Assembly (NCBI GenBank): GCA_905233255.1
Contig: CAJOCN010000004.1
Span: 12,868-76,867 of the forward strand
Direction of reading: 5' to 3'
Source: Paludibacteraceae bacterium
GTDB lineage: Bacteria > Bacteroidota > Bacteroidia > Bacteroidales > Paludibacteraceae
DNA: 64,000 bases
In this document: positions 38,823 through 47,929 of the stretch, in pieces
Numbering within the stretch: the stretch's first letter is position 1
Layout: every line of letters begins with the position of its first letter
The notes under the pieces: model-generated
Seen by the model: the letters and a program-made list of their open reading frames with translations, nothing else
What the model was told of the DNA's origin: nothing
The model's database searches: none
Program-made: the position numbers and the translations under genes

Positions 38823-39801
38823 AAAGCTATATATCACCCTCTTGGCACTTCTCACAACGCTTACCCTGAGCGCACAAGCACTCAGCGAAGAGGTGCGTAT
38901 ATCACTCTTAACCTGCGCGCCGGGGGAAGAACTCTACGCCCATTATGGGCACACCGCACTGCGGGTCAATGACTCGGAGAACGATCTCGACATCGTCTTC
39001 AACTATGGTATTTTTGACTTCAACACCGATCATTTCTATTGGAAATTTGTCCGTGGGGAGACTTGGTATGAATTAGGCGCAACGCCCTATTGGTGGTTCA
39101 TGCGCGAATATGAGGAGACCCACAGACCTGTTTATGAGCAGGTCTTGAATCTCACGCCCGAGCAGGCAAAGGTTCTATGGGAAAGACTGGTAGAGAACTA
39201 CCGGCCGGAGAACCGCAAGTACCTCTATAATTTTGTATTCGACAACTGTGCCACACGCCCATACGTATTGATAGCAAAGGTCATGGGAGACACCATCACC
39301 TCGGATTACAACGGCCATACCGGTACTTCGTACCGTTCTTTTATTAGGAATTATACGGGCGCTATGTCACTCGCCAATGCAGGTATCAACCTGCTCTTTG
39401 GTCCCAAAGCGGACAAGCCAATGACCTCCGACGAGCGGCTCTTTTTGCCCGAAGAACTGATGTTTTTCATTGAGCAAGCACATACTTCCGATGGCACTCC
39501 GTTAATAAAGGAGAGCCAAATCGGTTCTTTTGCTATAGCCACTACCCCGTGGTACGCCTCGTGGCCTTTCTGGCTGGCGGTTTATGCACTCATCGTAGCT
39601 GCTGTCAGCCTCTATGACCGCAAGCGCCAACGATGGTCTTGGGCGCTCGAAATGGCAGCCGGCATCCCCTTTGCTCTGCTGCTCATCATCGTTACATTCC
39701 TCACTTTCTTCTCCTGCCACCCACTTGTGGGGTTCGGCTGGCGGTTATTAATCATTCCTTTGGTACACCTATGCGCAAGACTTATTTATATTATACGTTA
39801 A
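38812..39801 (+). CDS. DUF4105 / Lnb-like lipoprotein N-acyltransferase domain protein
   Basis: ISLLTC.PG.ELY..YGHTALRV, FNYG.FDF, YNF.FDNCATR. Confidence 0.82.
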   Translation: MRCKKLYITLLALLTTLTLSAQALSEEVRISLLTCAPGEELYAHYGHTALRVNDSENDLDIVFNYGIFDFNTDHFYWKFVRGETWYELGATPYWWFMREYEETHRPVYEQVLNLTPEQAKVLWERLVENYRPENRKYLYNFVFDNCATRPYVLIAKVMGDTITSDYNGHTGTSYRSFIRNYTGAMSLANAGINLLFGPKADKPMTSDERLFLPEELMFFIEQAHTSDGTPLIKESQIGSFAIATTPWYASWPFWLAVYALIVAAVSLYDRKRQRWSWALEMAAGIPFALLLIIVTFLTFFSCHPLVGFGWRLLIIPLVHLCARLIYIIR

Positions 39802-41231
39802 TCGCTTGTTGGACGGTCCTGACTCTTCATGCCACACCGCGGCTGACGGTGGTTGCCGTGGTGGACGGACTGACTGCTGATAACTTGGCTACTCTCCGCC
39901 CGTATTGGCAACAAGGCGGACTACGTACCCTCAGCGAGGAGGCCTTCCAGACCACGATCGCTTATCCGCACATCGTGTATGGGGGCAACGAGACTACCGC
40001 CACGCTCATGACCGGTGTCACTCCTGACCGTCACGGTTATACTATGGATACCTATTTCGCGCGACGGGACAGAAAAATCCATACCATGCTGGAGGACGAG
40101 ACTATCCGGGGAATCGGTACGAAAGAGAAGATTTCTCCTAAACATCTGCTCTCGCAGACGCTCACAGACCGCCTGCGGCTGATGTACCCGGAGGCGAAGA
40201 TCTATGCCGTCGGTCTGCAAGCGCCGACTTCCGTTCTTCTGGCGGGACATGCAGCGAATGCGTGCTGTTGGTTGGACCCGGAGACACAACAATGGGTGGC
40301 TACTACTGCCTATAGCGGCGGACTGCCGGCCGCAGCTTTTGACCAAAACAATTCCGGTCGGATTGCTACCATCGCGGCGCGTCAATGGATTCCGCGCATG
40401 GATATCGACACTTACACTTCGCCCACACAGCAAGAGCGTAAGAAAAGTTTTGCATACTCCGCAGCGGATGTGTTACTCCATAGCCCGCAGGCAAACACGC
40501 TGGTCATCGAGTTGGCACTCGCGATTCAGAAATCAGAGTCACTCGGCTTGGACGCTACGCCTGACCTCATGATGCTGCAGCTCAACACCCTCTCGCCAAC
40601 GGCTACATCCGACAAGATCAGTTCTGCCGAGCAGGAAGATATGTACCTATGTCTCAACCAAGACCTCGGTTTTCTCATGGAGCAGTTAGACAAACGCATC
40701 GGCCACGCGAACTATCAGATATTAGTAGTGGGCAGGCCTGTTTTAGGCATCGATCCGCAGACCCTGAGTGATATCCATATGCCTGTTCAGCAGTTCAACG
40801 CCGACCGCGCAGCAGCTCTCACCGGTACGTATCTTATGGCGTTGTATGGCCACGAGAGATGGGTGGATGGCGCTTATGGACAGTCGATTTACCTCAACCG
40901 AACGCTCATCGAGCAGAAACGCCTCAGTCTGGAGACTCTACAACGCCAAGTAGCGAATTTCCTCATGGATTTCGAGGGAATCCAGATTGCCATGCCCGGC
41001 CATGAAGCAATGCAGTATCCGCTACTGGGATCGACCCTTTGCAAGAGACACACGGGTGACGTGGTCTTCATGCTCCAACCCGGCTGGCAACTGATGCAAG
41101 ATGAGAAAAAAACGGTGGACCGCGTCATTGACGACAAACCACTCTCACCGCTGCTCCTATGGTCCGGGACGATCCGCCCGATGCCGCAGGGAAAACTCGA
41201 TGCTACCGATGTAGCTGATCTGATTTTCTAA
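39771..41231 (+). CDS. Alkaline phosphatase superfamily (PafA-like) protein, catalytic residues degenerate
   Basis: PRL.VV.VVD, TG..P..HG, SP.ANTLV, PD, Y..LNQDL. Confidence 0.72.
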   Translation: MRKTYLYYTLIACWTVLTLHATPRLTVVAVVDGLTADNLATLRPYWQQGGLRTLSEEAFQTTIAYPHIVYGGNETTATLMTGVTPDRHGYTMDTYFARRDRKIHTMLEDETIRGIGTKEKISPKHLLSQTLTDRLRLMYPEAKIYAVGLQAPTSVLLAGHAANACCWLDPETQQWVATTAYSGGLPAAAFDQNNSGRIATIAARQWIPRMDIDTYTSPTQQERKKSFAYSAADVLLHSPQANTLVIELALAIQKSESLGLDATPDLMMLQLNTLSPTATSDKISSAEQEDMYLCLNQDLGFLMEQLDKRIGHANYQILVVGRPVLGIDPQTLSDIHMPVQQFNADRAAALTGTYLMALYGHERWVDGAYGQSIYLNRTLIEQKRLSLETLQRQVANFLMDFEGIQIAMPGHEAMQYPLLGSTLCKRHTGDVVFMLQPGWQLMQDEKKTVDRVIDDKPLSPLLLWSGTIRPMPQGKLDATDVADLIF

Positions 41232-41266
41232 ATAACTAAATGGCAAATGACTAAATAGTAAATAAT

Positions 41267-41683
41267 ATGATTTTTCACGAGATTAAAGTACATTACGATC
41301 GTCAAACCGGCGAGGATAACCCCGGTAAAGTAAAAGAGATCTACCTCATTGACGGAGCGGTTAGTTTTGCCGATGCGGAGAACTGTCTCATGGAGGAGAT
41401 CAAACCCTTCATCTTTGGTGACTGCGAAGTGCAGAACTGCAAGCGCAGCCAGTATTTTGAGGTTTTCCCCAACCAAGACGGCGCTTATTGGTATAAAGCA
41501 CGCGTAGAGATGATTACCATCGATGGCGAGAAAGAGACCCGCAAGAATGTGTCCGTCCTCGTACAGGCGAACACGCTTGAGGATGCTGTTTTTGCCCTCA
41601 AGCAAGCCGTTAAGTCCTATGACTGCGAGCTCAATTCCATCGCCAAAACTCCAATTGTAGATATCCTGCACGCCGTACAATAA
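41267..41683 (+). CDS. DUF4494 family protein
   Basis: KVKE.YL.D..SF.DAE, WYKARV..ITID..KE, LVQA, T.I.D. Confidence 0.85.
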   Translation: MIFHEIKVHYDRQTGEDNPGKVKEIYLIDGAVSFADAENCLMEEIKPFIFGDCEVQNCKRSQYFEVFPNQDGAYWYKARVEMITIDGEKETRKNVSVLVQANTLEDAVFALKQAVKSYDCELNSIAKTPIVDILHAVQ

Positions 41684-42516
41684 TGGCCCTTCAGTTTGAT
41701 ATACGAGCCATCCTGAAAAGCAAAGCGCCTAACGCGCACGTTCCCGGGTTCCTGATCCGGTACTTGGAGCGTATCGTGCATGTCAAGCAGATGAACGCCT
41801 TCCTGCGTGTACACACCACGGAGCGCGACTACGACTTCATCCGACTTGTCATAAGCGAGGAGTTAGGGTGTTCTGCATCTATTGACGGTACGGAGAATAT
41901 TCCGCAGGACGGCAAACCCGTGATTTTTGTCTCCAACCACCCACTGGGAGGGCTGGACGGTATGATCATCGCCCAGATGATTCACGAGAATCATCCGCGC
42001 CAGCTCAAGGTCATCGTCAACGACCTGCTGATGCACATGGAGCCGATTGCCGATCTATGGGCGCCGGTCAGCAAACTGGGTAAACTGAGCAAGGAGCAAG
42101 CCGTTGAACAACAGCGGATGTGGGAGTCCGAGACCGATGTGCTCACCTTCCCTGCCGGCGCATGCAGCCGACTCCAGCGTATCAACCATAAATGGGTGAT
42201 ACAGGATCTGGAGTGGCAGAAGAACTTTATTCAGTGCGCGAGGGAATACCACCGCGACATAGTGCCCATCTACTTCGAGGGACGCAACAGTCGCTTCTTC
42301 TATGCCCTGGCGTATATACGCAAATTGCTGCATATCAAACTCAATATTGAGATGTTATACCTGGTGGACGAGATGTACGGTGCACACGGCAAGCACTTCA
42401 AGGTGCACGTCCTGCCGCCAATCCCTTACACCACTTTTGATTCTTCCAAAACGCCCAAAGAGTGGGCGCAATACGTAAAATCTATTGTCTATGCAACCAA
42501 TCATACCACCCGTTGA
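41683..42516 (+). CDS. O-acyltransferase (PlsC-like; GlsA-like, glycine lipid synthesis)
   Basis: SNHPLGGLDG, VNDLL, FPAG.CSR, NSRFFY, IEMLYL.DEM. Confidence 0.85.
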   Translation: MALQFDIRAILKSKAPNAHVPGFLIRYLERIVHVKQMNAFLRVHTTERDYDFIRLVISEELGCSASIDGTENIPQDGKPVIFVSNHPLGGLDGMIIAQMIHENHPRQLKVIVNDLLMHMEPIADLWAPVSKLGKLSKEQAVEQQRMWESETDVLTFPAGACSRLQRINHKWVIQDLEWQKNFIQCAREYHRDIVPIYFEGRNSRFFYALAYIRKLLHIKLNIEMLYLVDEMYGAHGKHFKVHVLPPIPYTTFDSSKTPKEWAQYVKSIVYATNHTTR

Positions 42517-43426
42517 GACTTCGCTTTTGTTACAAGAACTGGAGGGACACCTATTACGCCCGTCCAACAAAGCGGACAACCTCATTTATGACATCACTGC
42601 CCATGAGTGCCCGAATGTAATGAGGGAGATTGCGCGTTTGCGGGAAATCAGTTACCGCGATGGAGGAGGAGCCACCGGTTTGGAAATGGACATCGACGAG
42701 ATGGATACGATGCCCAAGCCATACCACCAACTCATCGTCTGGGATCCCACCAACCAACAGATCATCGGCGGCTACCGATACCTCTTTGGGCATGAAGCGG
42801 AGATCAGAAACGGACAGCCCTTTATCACTTCCGCCCACCTCTTCCACTACTCGGACCGGTTCATCCGCGACTACCTGCCCAACACCATTGAGTTCGGCCG
42901 CGCCTTCGTACAACCGATGTACCAGAAACGCGAGATGGGAGTCAAGGCGCTCTTTGCCCTTGATAACATCTGGGATGGTATAGGTGCTCTCATGCACAAT
43001 AACCCCGACATCCGGTGGATGATCGGGAAGGTCACCATCTATCCCGACTACAATGAGACAGCCCGGGAACTCATCTACAACTATCTCAACCTTTACCATA
43101 AAGGCGAAGAAGGACTCTTTGAGCCATACAACAAACTGCCCATTCAGTCCATTGACACGCCTTTCCAGGGGACAGACAAACAGGAGAATTACCACATTCT
43201 CCAGCACGCGGTACGCGAGCAGGGAGCGGTTATTCCGCCTATGTTCTCGGCTTACCTCAACCTTACCAACGATCTTCAGTTCTTCGGCAATGCTATCAAT
43301 GACGAACTGGCGAACGTCTATGAGACAGGAATCATGGTGGACCTTGAATCCGTTTACCCCGAGAAAAAAGAACGCTATATCACCCCGTACGTAGAATGGC
43401 TGAAGAATAGTTCTATGCCCCAATAA
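42491..43426 (+). CDS. GNAT N-acyltransferase (GlsB/OlsB-like, glycine lipid synthesis)
   Basis: PNVMREI.RLREI..R.GGG.TG...DIDE.D, QLIVWDP, GGYRY, IE.GR.FV, FALDN.WDG.GAL. Confidence 0.88.
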   Translation: MQPIIPPVETSLLLQELEGHLLRPSNKADNLIYDITAHECPNVMREIARLREISYRDGGGATGLEMDIDEMDTMPKPYHQLIVWDPTNQQIIGGYRYLFGHEAEIRNGQPFITSAHLFHYSDRFIRDYLPNTIEFGRAFVQPMYQKREMGVKALFALDNIWDGIGALMHNNPDIRWMIGKVTIYPDYNETARELIYNYLNLYHKGEEGLFEPYNKLPIQSIDTPFQGTDKQENYHILQHAVREQGAVIPPMFSAYLNLTNDLQFFGNAINDELANVYETGIMVDLESVYPEKKERYITPYVEWLKNSSMPQ

Positions 43427-43433
43427 ATCGTAA

Positions 43434-44780
43434 ATGGTTAATTGTCAGATTGTAAATAATTTAAGGAACGTGCGCACGCACATACCCGCGCACGTGACGC
43501 TGGTATGCGTCAGTAAGTTCCAGTCCGTGGAAGCGATCCGCGAGGCGTACAACGCCGGCGAACGACATTTCGGCGAGAGCCGAGTGCAGGAACTCAAAGC
43601 GAAGAAATCCCTCCTGCCCGCAGATATCCACTGGCACTTCATCGGACACCTCCAAACCAACAAGGTGCGCGACCTCTTGAAACTCCGCCCCTACCTTATC
43701 CACTCCGTGGATTCGGAGCACCTGCTCAAAGCTATCAACGATGAGGCACTCAAACAGGGATTCACCCAGGACATCCTCCTCGAACTCCATGTGGCCAAAG
43801 AAGACTCAAAGTCGGGTCTATTGCCTTCCTCCGTGCATTCAATCCTAGACTTTACGAATATAACTACAGGTGGGTTAAGGGTCCGTGGGTTGATGGCAAT
43901 GGCCACTAACACAGACGACGAGGATGAAATACGACGGTGCTTTGAGACCACGAAAAATGTGTTCGATGAGATCAACCGACAGCAGCCGGAAGCTCCTTTG
44001 GACATGCTATCCATGGGTATGAGCGATGACTACCAAATCGCTATTTCCTGCGGCGCAAACATGGTACGTATCGGTTCGGCCATCTTCGGCGAGCGCGATT
44101 ACTCGCACAAACTGAAGGCGGTTTTCTTTGATCAGGACGGTGTACTCTTCAACTCGATGCCATACCACGCGCAGGCATGGGAACTGGCGATGAACGAGAA
44201 CGGACTGCCCTTCACCGCCCTGCAAACCTACCGTAATGAGGGCAGAACAGGACCTTCCGTCATACACGAGAACTACCAGCTGGTACATGGTACCGATGCT
44301 CCGGATGAGGTGATTGAGCGTATATATAAATTTAAGTGTGCCCACTTTAACCGTCTCACTGGTGGCCAACTGCCGGAGTTAGTACCCGGTGTACGGGAGG
44401 TGCTTAACTATCTGAAAGTCCACGGCGTACAATGCTGGGTGGTCACCGGTTCCGGTCAACGCTCGCTGCTGGAGAACCTCAATAAGACTTTCCCTGACAT
44501 CTTCTCGGGGATCATCTGTGCGTACGATGTGACGCACGGCAAGCCTGATCCTGAACCGTATTTGAAGGCATGGGAGCGCTCCGGTTTTAAGAAAGAGGAG
44601 TGTGCCGTCGTGGAGAACGCACCGTTAGGTGTGCGCGCCGGAAAAGCCGCAGGGTTATACACCTTTGCCGTCAACACCGGTATCCTGCCCGACTCCGAGT
44701 TAGCCGCTGAAGGCGCAGACCTCGTACTACCTAATATGCAGGCGCTGCTACAACAGTTGACTGCCATTTTGTCAGTCTAA
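43434..44780 (+). CDS. Fusion: YggS/PLPBP PLP-binding protein + HAD-superfamily phosphatase
   Basis: N-half: VSK, FGESRVQE, WHFIGHLQTNK, LSMGMS.DY, VRIGSAIFG.R; C-half: FDQDGVL.NSM, VTGS, KPDPEPYL, VENAPLG. Confidence 0.88.
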   Translation: MVNCQIVNNLRNVRTHIPAHVTLVCVSKFQSVEAIREAYNAGERHFGESRVQELKAKKSLLPADIHWHFIGHLQTNKVRDLLKLRPYLIHSVDSEHLLKAINDEALKQGFTQDILLELHVAKEDSKSGLLPSSVHSILDFTNITTGGLRVRGLMAMATNTDDEDEIRRCFETTKNVFDEINRQQPEAPLDMLSMGMSDDYQIAISCGANMVRIGSAIFGERDYSHKLKAVFFDQDGVLFNSMPYHAQAWELAMNENGLPFTALQTYRNEGRTGPSVIHENYQLVHGTDAPDEVIERIYKFKCAHFNRLTGGQLPELVPGVREVLNYLKVHGVQCWVVTGSGQRSLLENLNKTFPDIFSGIICAYDVTHGKPDPEPYLKAWERSGFKKEECAVVENAPLGVRAGKAAGLYTFAVNTGILPDSELAAEGADLVLPNMQALLQQLTAILSV

Positions 44781-44868
44781 GTACCTTTGGAACATAGTTT
44801 GTACATCGTTTAGTGAAGTCGGTTTGCCGACGAAAAACACAAAGTAACTAACTAAACGATATACAACT

Positions 44869-46944
44869 ATGAACAGCAACAACAATTACAATTCCAACAA
44901 CCAGAACGAAAACCTGAAGAAGTTCGCGATTAACCTCTGCGAGCGGGCGCAGGAAGGCAAACTGGATCCCGTCATCGGTAGAGATGACGAGATAAGACGT
45001 GTTCTGCAGATTCTGAGCCGTAGAACCAAGAACAATCCTATTCTGATCGGTGAACCGGGTGTCGGTAAGACAGCTATCGCCGAAGGTCTGGCGCAACGTA
45101 TCGTACGAGGCGATGTACCGGAGAACCTCAAGAAGAAACAGATTTACTCCCTCGACATGGGTGCCCTTATTGCGGGCGCTAAATACCAAGGTGAGTTTGA
45201 GGAACGACTCAAAGGCGTAGTCAACGAAGTGGTTGCCGCCGCGGGCGAGATCATCCTCTTTATCGATGAGATTCACACCCTCGTAGGAGCCGGTAAATCC
45301 AGCGGAGCCATGGACGCTGCGAATATACTGAAACCGGCTTTGGCGCGTGGTGATTTGAGAGCCATCGGTGCTACGACACTCGATGAGTACCAGAAGTATT
45401 TCGAGACCGATAAAGCCCTTGAGCGGCGTTTCCAGAAAGTGATGGTAGATGAGCCGGACGAGGCGGCTACGATCTCTATTCTCCGTGGTCTGAAGGAGCG
45501 GTACGAGACCCACCACAAAGTGCGTATCAAAGATGACGCCATTATAGCGGCGGTCACCCTCTCCGCACGGTATATAACGGACCGTTTCTTGCCCGATAAA
45601 GCGATTGACCTGGTCGATGAAGCAGCCGCCAAACTGCGTCTGGAGGTGGACTCCAAGCCGGAAGAGATCGATACGCTCGACCGCCAGATCAAGCAGTTGG
45701 AGATCGAGCGCGAGGCAATTAAGCGCGATAAGGACGATGCCAAGCTTGGAGAGATCGAGAAGCAACTCCAGGAACTCAAGAAACAATCCGATGAACTGAA
45801 CGCGCGGTGGAACAAAGAGAAGGGGTATGTGGCTACTATCCAGAATGAGAAAGCGCGTATCGAGACCCTCAAACACCAAGCCGAAGTAGCGGAGCGTGAA
45901 GGTGATTACGGCAAGGTAGCGGAGATCCGTTACAGCCAGATTCCGGCGGCCGAAGCGAATATCAAATCGGCACAGGACACCTTGCACCAATTGGGTACCG
46001 AGTCCCTCATCAAAGAGGAAGTCGATGAAGACGACATCGCCGATGTAGTAGCCCGCTGGACGGGTATTCCGGTAGCCAAGATGATGCAATCCGAGCGGGA
46101 CAAACTGCTCCATCTGGAGGAAGAACTGCACAAACGCGTCATCGGTCAGGACCAAGCCATCGAGGCGGTCAGTGATGCTATCCGCAGAAGCCGAGCCGGC
46201 CTGCAGGATCCGAAACGTCCTATCGGTTCGTTCATCTTCCTCGGTACCACGGGTGTCGGTAAGACCGAGTTGGCAAAAGCCCTCGCGGACTACCTCTTCG
46301 ATGACGAGAATATGATGACCCGTATTGATATGAGTGAGTACCAGGAGAAGTTCAGTGCCACTCGTCTTATCGGAGCCCCTCCGGGATACGTAGGTTACGA
46401 TGAAGGCGGTCAACTGACTGAGGCCATCCGACGTAAACCTTACTCCGTGGTCCTCTTCGATGAGATCGAGAAAGCGCATCCGGATGTATTCAATGTCCTG
46501 CTGCAGGTACTCGACGACGGCCGTCTGACGGACAACAAAGGGCGTGTGGTCAACTTCAAGAACACCTTGATCATCATGACCTCCAACCTCACCGAGGAGC
46601 AACTCCGCGCTTCCGTACGACCCGAGTTCATCAACCGTATTGATGAGATCATCCACTTCAGCGAACTGAGCGAAGACGACATCAGAGCCGTAGTCGGTCT
46701 GCAAGTCAACCGCATCCATAAGATGTTGGAGGGCCAAGGTATCGACCTGCGCGTCACGGATGATGCCATCCGCTACATAGCCAAGGAAGGTTACGACCCG
46801 CAGTTTGGCGCCCGTCCGGTGAAGAGAGCCCTGCAACGACTCGTTCTCAACGAACTGTCGAAGGCCATCATTGGCGGTAAGGTAGATCAAAATAAACCCG
46901 TCGTCGTAGAGTTACGAGACGGGGAGTTGAAATTCCGGAACTAA
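44869..46944 (+). CDS. clpB: ClpB disaggregase lacking the N-terminal domain
   Basis: [23 protein letters not shown]-domain coiled coil, [27 protein letters not shown]. Confidence 0.93.
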   Translation: MNSNNNYNSNNQNENLKKFAINLCERAQEGKLDPVIGRDDEIRRVLQILSRRTKNNPILIGEPGVGKTAIAEGLAQRIVRGDVPENLKKKQIYSLDMGALIAGAKYQGEFEERLKGVVNEVVAAAGEIILFIDEIHTLVGAGKSSGAMDAANILKPALARGDLRAIGATTLDEYQKYFETDKALERRFQKVMVDEPDEAATISILRGLKERYETHHKVRIKDDAIIAAVTLSARYITDRFLPDKAIDLVDEAAAKLRLEVDSKPEEIDTLDRQIKQLEIEREAIKRDKDDAKLGEIEKQLQELKKQSDELNARWNKEKGYVATIQNEKARIETLKHQAEVAEREGDYGKVAEIRYSQIPAAEANIKSAQDTLHQLGTESLIKEEVDEDDIADVVARWTGIPVAKMMQSERDKLLHLEEELHKRVIGQDQAIEAVSDAIRRSRAGLQDPKRPIGSFIFLGTTGVGKTELAKALADYLFDDENMMTRIDMSEYQEKFSATRLIGAPPGYVGYDEGGQLTEAIRRKPYSVVLFDEIEKAHPDVFNVLLQVLDDGRLTDNKGRVVNFKNTLIIMTSNLTEEQLRASVRPEFINRIDEIIHFSELSEDDIRAVVGLQVNRIHKMLEGQGIDLRVTDDAIRYIAKEGYDPQFGARPVKRALQRLVLNELSKAIIGGKVDQNKPVVVELRDGELKFRN

Positions 46945-46950
46945 ATCTGA

Positions 46951-47928
46951 TTAACTCAGATCATATCCGTAATGGCGAAGACGAGAGGTGTTGGAACGCC
47001 AGTCGCGGTCCACTTTGACGAACAGTTGTAAGAAGACCTGTTTCTGGAAGAAATCCTCAATCTCTTTGCGAGCCTGGGAGCCGACACGCTTTAGAGCGCT
47101 GCCGGCTTTTCCTATTATTATACCCTTCTGGCTCTCGCGCTCGCAGTAGATGACAGCAGAAATCTCGATGAGAGATTTCTTGGTGATTGGTGATTGGTGA
47201 TTGGTGATTGGCTGTTCATCGTGGTCTATAAAGGACTCCACCTCCACTTCGACCGAATAAGGAATCTCCTTATCGTAGTTCTGGAGGATCTTCTCGCGGA
47301 TAATCTCGTTGACGAAGAACCGCTCGGATTTATCGGTCAACTGGTCTTTGGGGAAGAACGGAGCCCCAACGGGCAGTGCCTCTTTGATGGCATCAAAGAG
47401 TTGCGCCACGCCGAAACGCTCCTGCGCGGAGATGGGGAAGATCTCCGCCTCCGGCAGTTGGGTATGCCAGAAAGCAACGAGGTTCTCCAATGTCTCCTGG
47501 GTCGTCAGGTCAATCTTATTGATGATGAGGAACACTTTCGTGCCCGCTTCCGCCATCCGCTTGACTTTCGTCAGGAAATCGGGATTACGGTCAATGGTAT
47601 CTTGTGGCTCCGTCACATAGAGCAGCACATCCGCGTCCACAAGGGCGGAACGGCTGAACTCCAGCATTTTCTCCTGCAGTCTGTAATTAGGCGAGAGCAC
47701 GCCCGGCGTATCGGAATAGACCATCTGGAAATCCTCTCCGTTGACGATTCCCATGATCCGGTGACGCGTCGTCTGGGCCTTGGAGGTAATGATTGAGAGT
47801 CGCTCACCCACCAGCGCGTTCATTAATGTAGATTTGCCGACATTGGGATTACCAACAATGTTCACAAACCCACTTCGGTGGGCCTGTGAACATTGTTTAT
47901 TTGTCATTTGTAATTGGTTATTTGCCAT
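46951..47928 (-). CDS. era: GTPase Era
   Basis: GNPNVGKST, QTTR, DTPG, NKID, EIPYSVEV, KGIIIGK KH domain. Confidence 0.96.
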   Translation of the reverse strand: MANNQLQMTNKQCSQAHRSGFVNIVGNPNVGKSTLMNALVGERLSIITSKAQTTRHRIMGIVNGEDFQMVYSDTPGVLSPNYRLQEKMLEFSRSALVDADVLLYVTEPQDTIDRNPDFLTKVKRMAEAGTKVFLIINKIDLTTQETLENLVAFWHTQLPEAEIFPISAQERFGVAQLFDAIKEALPVGAPFFPKDQLTDKSERFFVNEIIREKILQNYDKEIPYSVEVEVESFIDHDEQPITNHQSPITKKSLIEISAVIYCERESQKGIIIGKAGSALKRVGSQARKEIEDFFQKQVFLQLFVKVDRDWRSNTSRLRHYGYDLS

Positions 47929-47929
47929 A

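Noticed and set aside
44848..46890. 680-aa ORF antisense to clpB
   Set aside because: Mirror-frame shadow of a highly conserved, codon-biased gene; no recognisable motifs.
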